From the NCBI GenBank assembly GCA_032718475.1, contig JAUCBJ010006452.1:10949-74948 (forward strand): a stretch of 64,000 nt of DNA, read 5' to 3'. The stretch is from Nemertoderma westbladi. Lineage: Eukaryota > Animalia > Xenacoelomorpha. The notes below the pieces were generated by a model. It had not been told where the DNA came from. It saw nothing but the letters and a program-made list of their open reading frames with translations, and did not search any database. Both the position numbers and the translations under genes were made by a program. Numbering within the stretch: the first letter of the stretch is position 1; every line of letters begins with the position of its first letter. Positions 11,626 to 21,400 of this stretch are shown one piece after another.

Positions 11626-13389
11626 TCAAAGTTTCTTTTGTATCTCCATAAGAGTTTCAAAAGAATAATCAATCACGTCGGAACACGCTCGAGTGAATAC
11701 GTGGGTAGAACCAGCAAGTCCTCGTATATGTATCATTCGCGTGGTTCCTAATTCTCCCACCGGAACGCTACCTTTGTTGTCATAAGTAACAACGCCATAC
11801 ATCTCGATAACGTTAAGAGTCTCGTTCCATTCTTTAGTGGCGTTTTCGAGAGTCATTCCCACTGGATGCCATAAAGTAGCGCACTCATTAGCATTGGGTA
11901 AATCTCTATACTTTAAGCATTGTGTAGTATAGGTTTCCACATCTCCATATCTTTTTACTCTTTCTTCCTCGAATAACACGTCAAGATTCCAGTGCACTAA
12001 TCGAGTTTTAATGAATCCATCAAGATTGTACGGAGGTGATGTTTCTTTCTCTATTCTAGAAATATTATACGGTTTTCGAAATGAGTTTAATTTAACTAGC
12101 TGATCTAGATGTTTTTGTAGTTGTTCGAGTTCGACAAGATCGAGAGGATTGATTAATGGTAGGAACCTCAGACTATGCGTAGGATCTTCCGGTTTCACCA
12201 TGTAATATTGCTTCAAATTGACGTAATAAGGGTGATCCTTAATTCCATAAAATGAGTCCGGCAAAGGTCTAGCGCGTATGTTAACATCGTGCACCATGCG
12301 ACGGACAAGATCCGCTCTATTGTCCGGAGGCTCAACAAGTACGCCATCGACACGAGCAGCCTCGACGGGTGGACGTTGTAGCATGGGAGCGTCAGCAACG
12401 AGCTCGTGAGATCTGAGATCAGTATTAACCGGTTGAGGCTGTACCGTAGCAAAGAGCTTGTCTTTAAACTGAGGAACCATCAAGGGGTGGAGGATCGTTT
12501 TGGAATAGAGATCCGTCACTAGAATTTGAACTTCTGGTTGGGCTAAAGCTGCTTCTTCCCTCTCAGTCAGCTCCATATGTCTCTCCTCGAGCTGATTTTC
12601 CTCCGCTTGTTGTTGCAAGCGCTCGTCCAGGAATTCCTGTAAAGAGTAGGTTCGTCCACGTTCTATGTCCTCCTCTAGATTTTGTATTTCTCTATCGAAC
12701 TGGGGTAAAGCTAGTTCTTTCACCGCTTGGACTTGTTGTTGCAATTTACGTTTCTCCAAGCAATCGTAAGTTCCTTTTCCAATTTTCTGCCGAATAGCGT
12801 CTAATGCATTTCGTATCACGCTCTCTTCGACTTCTGTAACAGGTTGGATCGGAGGAAGGCCAGGACGGTTGTAGGGGTTAAACGGTGATATTAGATGACC
12901 GCGTCCTAGTCCAGCGAGGTAAGGTTGGCGAATAGCAAACAAACCCACTACCGGAGTGCCACCAATCAACTGTTCAGGTAACACTAGATCTTTGAACAGT
13001 GAGTACAGTTCGGGAGGATCCGTAATACTATTAGGATCTAGAGTTTGAGGTATCACTTGGGAATGGGGAGGTCTGACCGAGTATTCCGGAACTCTGATCA
13101 TGGGTTTATTCAATGATCGCTTAAGGCGCGCGACCGTAGGTGATACGTCGAAAAGGTTACGCTCGAAACTCCCATAAGTATATCGTGTAAAACTGTGTTT
13201 AGCACAACGTCTCCGAGGATGTTTATGCCTTTCGATTTGCTGGTTAGGTCTAGGGCATTCATCACAGTAATACCAAAGACGCACATCTTGAAGGGGAAAA
13301 GCGGGTGATCGCTCTCCAGTTTTACAATATTCCTCCATCTGTTCGAAGCTATCTGGAACGACAGGTAGCACGTTTATCAGGTTCTTCAA
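11626..13389 (-). CDS. Accessory ORF, middle part (coiled coil; ends with Exo I-like VVTYDNKG); in frame with 9679-11568 across a single TGA
   Basis: 587-aa ORF. The sequence reads CTT TGA CAT GGA...GCC ATG GGT, giving 19 open codons in the same frame up to the next ORF. Confidence 0.7.
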   Translation of the reverse strand: MKNLINVLPVVPDSFEQMEEYCKTGERSPAFPLQDVRLWYYCDECPRPNQQIERHKHPRRRCAKHSFTRYTYGSFERNLFDVSPTVARLKRSLNKPMIRVPEYSVRPPHSQVIPQTLDPNSITDPPELYSLFKDLVLPEQLIGGTPVVGLFAIRQPYLAGLGRGHLISPFNPYNRPGLPPIQPVTEVEESVIRNALDAIRQKIGKGTYDCLEKRKLQQQVQAVKELALPQFDREIQNLEEDIERGRTYSLQEFLDERLQQQAEENQLEERHMELTEREEAALAQPEVQILVTDLYSKTILHPLMVPQFKDKLFATVQPQPVNTDLRSHELVADAPMLQRPPVEAARVDGVLVEPPDNRADLVRRMVHDVNIRARPLPDSFYGIKDHPYYVNLKQYYMVKPEDPTHSLRFLPLINPLDLVELEQLQKHLDQLVKLNSFRKPYNISRIEKETSPPYNLDGFIKTRLVHWNLDVLFEEERVKRYGDVETYTTQCLKYRDLPNANECATLWHPVGMTLENATKEWNETLNVIEMYGVVTYDNKGSVPVGELGTTRMIHIRGLAGSTHVFTRACSDVIDYSFETLMEIQKKL

Positions 13390-13771
13390 CGTCTTCTCTT
13401 TCGAGTTTGTTTCGAATAGAGTTCTCGTGTTCTATTCTCGATTTATCGTTTCGACTCCGCTGGGTATGATATTTAAATAAAACCATTTCCCTTTTGGTGT
13501 CTACATCGTCCGTATCGTGTAAATCGATAGGGTGACCAGTAGTCAAGAAGTCCATATACATACCATTACGATGCGTATAGCGAGCCGTGAACTTTCTATA
13601 ATCCAATTCACGCGTAAGTTGCTCCTGGGACATTGGCGGTTCGATATAACAACCATTGTCCTCCGTAGTAGTTGGATCAGCGTCGCCGCGTATCAAGCTA
13701 TCAACAAACGCTTGAAAAGGTAGAGTATATCTCTCCCTGATACCAAGATCATCTTCTATTAATTCAGTCAT
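13349..13771 (-). CDS. Accessory ORF, N-terminal part (140 aa), overlapping the next ORF in the +1 frame
   Basis: ATG preceded by GCAG-AT. A homologous degenerate copy lies at 48440-48888. Confidence 0.65.
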   Translation of the reverse strand: MTELIEDDLGIRERYTLPFQAFVDSLIRGDADPTTTEDNGCYIEPPMSQEQLTRELDYRKFTARYTHRNGMYMDFLTTGHPIDLHDTDDVDTKREMVLFKYHTQRSRNDKSRIEHENSIRNKLEREDVEEPDKRATCRSR

Positions 13772-15403
13772 ATCTGCTATACGAGTTCACCAATATTATA
13801 ATGAGTTTATATATTGTTAGGCGAGCGGGCGTCGCTGCCTATTTCTCCCGTGCCCCCAGACAGTAAGAGATTCTCAGCGCCGATGTACCGCTGTAGCTGT
13901 ACTTTCGCCAACGACGTAGCTGTACAACGACAACGATAACCGGCACAAGTCACTCCACTGTCCGTCCCAAAGGCTTAGATGTACTTCAGGTTTTCCTTGG
14001 AGAGTTAGGTTACTTTCACGATTGCGACTAGCTACTGTAAACACACTTTAGCAGTAACATTCACCTATAAACTCACAAATACCACACAACTTGTCACAAC
14101 TACACACATTCGGGCCATTTGTCCGTTAGTCAATGCCTTCCAGAATGTCACTGTATTGTTATGTTTCCTTGGATACTAGCAGTGCACTATTTATTCCCTA
14201 TGCTATTCAATGGGACAAGCTTTCTATTGTTCTTTTAACTCAATTCTAATTCTAGCGTGGTTTTTGCTATGTGACATTATGTAAAGCTAGCGGTAGAATT
14301 AGGGTAATTCCAATGCATACAGATCTGGGATGTTATTTAATAGTAATTCTTTAATAGTCAATGTCCTGTTTTATACATGACTTTATGAATTTTATCGGCT
14401 ATTGACTATGTTTGGGAGACTTTCATACACGCATACGCATAATAATATAAATCTCCGCTCCCTTGATCTATTAATTAATGGAATTTTGGGAATGTTATAA
14501 ATTGCGTAAAATGGCAATTTATTAAATTCATTAAAAGACATGAATTTAAATTTATTCCCTGAAATTTTATTATTTGATAATTAAATTGACATATTTTGAT
14601 TCCAGAACATCCTTAATTCTATGGAAATTGTCCTTTTAAGAATATCGGTAAATGCGACGATATCTTAATTGACTAGAATTGTTGAAGGATCTGAATTTTA
14701 CAGATTTTGACTTATTAGATTTGCAAATATTAAATAATTAATATTTGAGATGGGCACCGATTTATTCCAGAACTTGTCTGGGGACGTTAACCACTGATTC
14801 TATAATTTGTCTTTCAAGTATATCGGTGGGTGCCACGATATCTTAATCGACTAGAATTACAGATGGTCAAAGGGTTTAACAGATTTATTTTGCGTTATAC
14901 GCTACTGTTAAAGGGACATCACGCTACTATATGTATTATTTAATATACGGTATGAGAGCAATATCGCACGAAGCAATGTCAGTGTGAAGAGGCAAGTCGT
15001 TTCCAAGGTCTACCCAGAGCTTGGTTTAGCCGAGACACGAGGATCTGAACTTTGCATTCCTAATACTCTGCCTACCAATAATACTTAAATATAGTAGTGG
15101 CTTTATTGTACTTTAATAAGTACGGACATTTCATCTTACTGTAGTTACGTATTTATAATATAATACGGACAGTAAGGAAGAGAAAAAATAATTATTTCTT
15201 CGCCGTCTCACTAAATATAATATAAGTAATTACGTACGTAATAAACACGAATATATTGCACTATTCTACTAAATAATCGCTAAATAATATTCTACTAAAT
15301 TAAATAAAACGATTATAATAAAATTACATAGTAATACATACATAAAATATAAAATAATAAAATAATATAAAATAATAGAGTCACACGCCCACTCCGAACG
15401 ATA

Positions 15404-18400
15404 TTAAGTTGGGGAGCCCCTAGATGTCGGTTGAATTAGGGAAGTGGTCGTGGGAAGAGTTTCTTGCCTTCCATAGTTTCCGGAGAGCTCTCTGTCTCTT
15501 TCCAGTAAACATAAACGACCCACTGGGCGGTTGAGCTGTTGAGTCTCAAAGACTATCCCTGGTTTCTTAAAGTTACGACGCATGACGACGAGTTCTACTG
15601 ATCGCACTAAGCCATCGCTCGAGATATAAGTCTCGATGATTCGTCCTGTTTGCCATCGCTTACGTGGGAGATCGGGGTCCACAATAAGCACCATGTCTCC
15701 AGTGCTGACGTTTTCTTGCTGCGCAAACCACTTAGTTCGAAGTTGTAGAGTGGGCAGGTAATGTTTCTCGAAATGGTCAGCGAAATGACGGGATAGCAAC
15801 TGCATAAGTTGCCAGGTTCGACGGCAGTACTCGTCTCCGTCGGTGATCTCCGATTGTGGGAGCATGGCTACGGGCTTCTTCAGCAGAAAGTGCGCGGGTG
15901 TTAGCGCTTCCAGGGAATCAGGATTTGAAGAGACTGGCATAAGCGGTCTTTCGTTGAGATAGGCGGCGATTTCCTCCATTAACGTCCGCAATAATTCGTC
16001 GGTGAGATAAGCGCGACAAGGCACAACAAAGTGGAACGCAGTCTTCACGCTCCTAATCAATCTCTCCCAACTTCCTCCCCACCAAGGGGCGTCGGCGGCA
16101 TTGAAGGTCCAGCTAGACGCTGTTATCTTTAGCTGATTGTCCACCTGTCTTCCGTTCCAGTCCTTTATGTAAGCTTGAATTTCGTTGTTGGCGCCAATGA
16201 AGTTCGTTCCCTTATCCGATCTCATCGTGTTACTGGTTCCGAAGCGAGCGATCTGTCGTCGTAAACTCAACACGAAGCTGTTGGTGGATAGATCGTTTAC
16301 CATATCGAGATGGATAGCTCTACAAGTCATACAAACGAAGATGACACACCATCTTTTGACTATAGTCCAGGCACGATATACTTCAATAGGGCCAAATAAA
16401 TCCACACCGGTATTAGTAAAGGGTGGTTCATAGAAGCTTACTCTTTCCCTAGGTAATTCTGCCTCTCGCTGTGTTAAAGGCCTACTGAATGCTTTCCTAC
16501 AGGGTATGCAGTTCCTAAGAACTTGGTTCAGAGCCCTACGGGGTTTATAAAAATAGTAGCGAGTTCGAATTTCGCTCAGAACTCTTTCTCTACCAGCATG
16601 GTACAGTTTGCTATGAACATCTACAATTATCTTGATTTGTATGTCAAGATTTCTAATGAGGATGGGAAACTTAGTGTCAAAGGATAATGGGGCGTTAGTT
16701 AGCCTACCTCCAACACGTATTAATCCATCTATCATGGTACTAGAGAAGCGATCCCTTAAGCGCATCTGCGGATTTCTTAACAACAGGAAATACTTATCGG
16801 AATCCTTATAGCATTGTAGGAGTCTTAGCATCTGTTTGTTGGTTTCATCATGCTCCTGGTAACTGATCTTCTCCGTTAGAAACCTGTCGGTTATCTTGTA
16901 CTTTGGAAGATCTTTAACAGCATGTACTCGTGCAGATGTTGATGGAGCATCATCACTATTGGTCTTTGTCCCGGAGTAACGATGATGAAAACATCGTTTC
17001 AAATAAGTAACAGCTTTACAAAGCCGATTCCAGGAACTGTAGTGACGTATCGCTCTCTGCAAGAGAGGTGAGAGTCCTTGCGAGATATCTGGTATTCCAG
17101 ATTTCCAATCCTTGTCACGGATTTCCAAGATTTCTTTGGTCGTAGCAGTGGGTTTCTGATCCAAAGCATCCTCTCCGGAAGTAAATAATACAGATAGATC
17201 AACCGCAGGTTTAAACAACTTCGATTTACTCGCTCGAGTTTTGGGTTTAACTTTCTCCGCTCCCTTGGCCTGTCTGATCTCTGCTGTTGTGAGATGGGGA
17301 GGCCATTCCTCTTCTTCTCGGTAGAGAAAGTCAGGTCCTCCTAACCATTCGGGAGTATTTACCAATTCCTTTGGAGTTGCTCCTCGGGAAGCGATATCCG
17401 CTGGATTAATCGTTCCGGGGCAATGTCTCCATTGATCCATCGTCGTGCGACTAAGTATGATGGCTACTCTGTTGGTAACGAAGACGCTGAACTGACAGAC
17501 TTCATTGGTTATATACTCTAACACGAGTAAAGCGTCGGTCCAATAGACAGTTTTCTCTAAGGGATAGTCAATCTGTTCTGTTACATTCCGGCCGATGGCT
17601 GTAGCGTATAGAGCCGCCTTTAACTCCGCTCGAGGAACTTTCAACTTGTTGTTGATTAATGCCTTAGAAGTAACCAAGGCGACTTTGATTCCATCCGGAG
17701 TTTCCACTCTTAGATAGGCTACTATACCTATTCCCATATCGCTGGCGTCTCCAAACACATGGAGTTGATAGGAATACGTAGGGAGAACATGACCAAAATA
17801 TGAACGGGAAATTATAAAATCCTCGATAGCAGGTAGGGAATCTTCCCATTTCATCCACTTCTTCAATAATTCTCCCTTAAGTGGATCGTCCCATGAGTGG
17901 TTTTCAAGCCACATTTGTTGTACCAAACTACGAGCAATCAATATAACTGGGCTAATAAATCCCAATGGATCGAAATAAGTGCTCAGTATACTTAAGCAAA
18001 TCCGTTTGGTTCGAACGGGATTATCTCGCTGTTTTAGTTGGAAAAACAGGATATCTCTCTCTGTGTCCCATTTCAAGCCGAGTGTCTTGGTTTCTGGCAG
18101 ATCATCTTTGATCAAATCGAGATCTTTCGCTCCTCGATCTTCCGCAGGGATCGACTCCAGAAACTCACGGGAGTTGCTGGTGAATTTCGTTAATCTAAAC
18201 CCACCTCTTTTTAAGCACTCTACCGTTCCTTTTGCGACCTCAATGGCTTCTTCAACTGATGGAAGGGACTTCAGATTGTCGTCCATGTATATGTCTCGCT
18301 TGATGTTGTCGATCACTTCCTTAGAGAAGGCCTCTCGGTTGTCTTCTGCAGTGGCACGCACTACTGAACAGGCGTTGGAAGGGCTTGAGATTATCCCAAA

Positions 18401-21400
18401 GGCCTGGATGGTCATCCAGTACTCCACCGGTTGCTGGTTGAGGTCTCCTTCGGGCCACCATAGAAATCGTAGGCTATCTCGATCCTTATCCAACACTTTG
18501 ACTTGCAAGAACATGCCTTCTATATCGGAGGCGAAAGCAATCGAATATTGTCTCAATCTTAAAAGAATTCCCAACAAAGATTGAAGTAAGTTGGGTCCGG
18601 GTAACAATTCAGAGTTAAGGGATTGACCCATGTAAAGAGCGGAGCCATCAAACACTACTCTCACTTCGTTTGGTTTACCGGGTTTAGGAACGTAATGGTG
18701 AGTTAAGTAATACGTTCTTTCAGTCACAGGTGTTTCTTCCGGTACCCTCTCCGCGTATCCCTTATTAATAAATTTTTCCAGCTGTGTTTGATACATTGCT
18801 TTAGCTGAAGAATTAGCCGTAAGGCGTCGATGGAGTTGCGCGATTCTTTTTTCCGCCAAAGGTCTATTATTGATGAACTTCGGTTCTCTCTTGCGGAAAG
18901 GTAAACCAACTTCATACCTACCTTGATCTTTGAGGAAACGTGTAGTTGTCTCTTGGATCTGCTTGGCCCTTTCCTCTTCCACCGATAATGCTTTATCGTA
19001 GGAATTGGGCTCTACCGCCTCTTGCGTAAAGAATCGGACAGCATGTTCATCTCGAGTCTTGGCATTATGACGCTCAATGACGTCATTTAACTCGTCGTTA
19101 TAAGCTTCTTGTTCAGATGGATAAAGAAGTTGACATAAGTTCACTTGGTTTTGCCAAGCCTCGTTTTCCTTAAGGAGATCGATGATATTCTCCTCATCAA
19201 AAAGCTGGTGAATGTCGTCGTTATCTGAGGAGTATGGAGTTCCCTCAGTTAAATCGTCTCCTTCACTAGTATCATCTTCCCATTCACTCACCTGGCAGAC
19301 TCGCTCTTGCGGTAATCTTTCTCTGAGTGTTCTACGGGAAGGGCCAGTAAAGTACCAACCTACTCTAGTTCTTACCGCATAGGTCTGTAGTGGCTGCGGT
19401 TGAGCAGGCCGTTTCTCTAATGTCTCCAGCGCCTCATGCGCGTTTTGGCCGATGAGTATTTGCACTCCAGGATAATCAGTCGGGAATCGAGGTATGTTAA
19501 GATGTTGGATGCTCTCATCCTCATCCCAATTATAAAGGTCTGCTTGAGTAGTAGCGAAGTTCTTTATAGCCACCATTTTCACTGACCTTATGCTATGTTC
19601 TCCTAGTTCGTCCTGGGGGGTGGACAACGCTCCTAAATAATAATCTGCTGTTATTGTAGATTTCCAAACTTGCATGATTCCGGACATGTTTAGCTTGGTT
19701 CGGAACTTGGGTTGTCCATTGAATATGTCTTCGGCTAGTTCTTTATCAATGAATGTTCCTGTGCTGCCGGAATCCAGGAGGGCGTTCACCACACAACTCC
19801 GTTCAGGCCCGTGTACCCTTACCTGCACCACAGGAAACTCTCGGATCCCTACATTGGAAGATGGCTCTTTCCAAGATGGTTGTCTTTCAGAAGTAGTTAG
19901 GGTTAGGTCGCTGTCTGTGTCTTTTTCATATGTGAGTGCTCGATACACTGCGGTATTTATCATGTAACAGGATTCGTTTTCGTCGGAGAACTCATCCGTG
20001 TAGAATCCTTCCATCTCAGATTGATCAGTGTCGTTCACATCACTGAATTGGACATGTAGTTCGGAATCACTTACCTGATTCGGACTATTTCGCTCGAATT
20101 CAGCGTGCAACAAGATATGATGTTTCGCACCACACTTTGCACACCTTAGGTCAGAAAAACAGGTTCGCCGTTGGTGTCCTTGTCTGAGGCAATTATAACA
20201 TAACCGCTTATCCCACATAACTTCACGTCTCTCAGTTAATGATTTCTTTAGAAATTCATCACACATATTCAAACGGTGGGTCCCGTCGCATAGCGCACAT
20301 TTCGGTTTGATGTTACTTACCTTATTCTGAGTCACATTGTGTACACTCGCCTTTTCTTCGGGCTTTCTCACCTGAATTCTCTTGGGAGACGTAGGAGGAG
20401 TTTTTCTTACCTGTTCTCTCCTGTCATTTGTTCGAGACTTAAATTTACTCACCTGATCTTTAGGCATTTTATTCACGTAATAAGATCTCTCAGTGTCCTT
20501 CCCGCTATCTTCTCCCTGAGAAGTCGGGCTTTCGCCGTCGTCTGTATAACACACTGGTGTTATCTTTCTCCTAGAGACGGGTTTTTCACTTACCTTGTTT
20601 TCCGGTGTCTTCTCTCTGGATTGCTTGAGGAGTTGCAATTTCACTTCTCCATCCAGGAATGACATGAGATCAGCCATGGTAGGGTCTCGTCGCTGTTGTT
20701 CCATCATATATAGTACTTTCTTATCCCAGCGTGTGCCTACCCCACCTTTCGGTAAAGTAGAAGCCACAGCTCCAATGACCATAGAACTTTGGTATTCATG
20801 AGACTTACCTAACCAATCTAATTGTCTACAGATCTCTTGAATCTCATCGGAAAACTCTATTATCCCACTGCTGATGAACTTTCTGGGCGCTACTAATTTT
20901 GCATATAAATACTTGGCGATATTATTCCTATTACCATACCTGATGTTTAGTGTATCCCAAACTTGTCTTAATCCGTCTGGATGTCCAATAAACTTTAACG
21001 CCATTAATTTGGGAGATCCTTCCAAGCACTCGATGAGGAATCTAAGTTTCTCTCCATTATATAGGACAGAGTTCTGTATGTTATCTTTGTAATATTCATT
21101 AAAAGGTAACCATTTCATCTCATCTCCATTGAACTTGACGATCTCTCCCACCTTCACCGCTTGCCGGGCTTCGGTTCTAGCCATTTGACGCGTAAAACTT
21201 TCTTGGGCCATCGTGTTATTTAATATCGAGCTATCGGTATATAAATTTCTCGGATTATGATCAGTTCTATATGGGATATCATTATCAACAGGTCTATAAT
21301 TACCCTTAATAGGGTTCACTATAGGAGTTTCTACTTCGCTAGCAGTATAAATGCGTGTAGGCTCCACACCTTGCGCATGTGATACTTCAGACCTAACAGG

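Noticed and set aside
13353-13371. 19-nt GT...AG mini-intron that would fuse the first two accessory ORFs
   Set aside because: Too short for a typical animal spliceosome, and the equivalent GT-AG in the other copy spans 21 nt and would not fix the frame.
9679-13771. Accessory ORFs as an env gene
   Set aside because: No signal peptide or transmembrane anchor. The motifs point to nucleic-acid binding.
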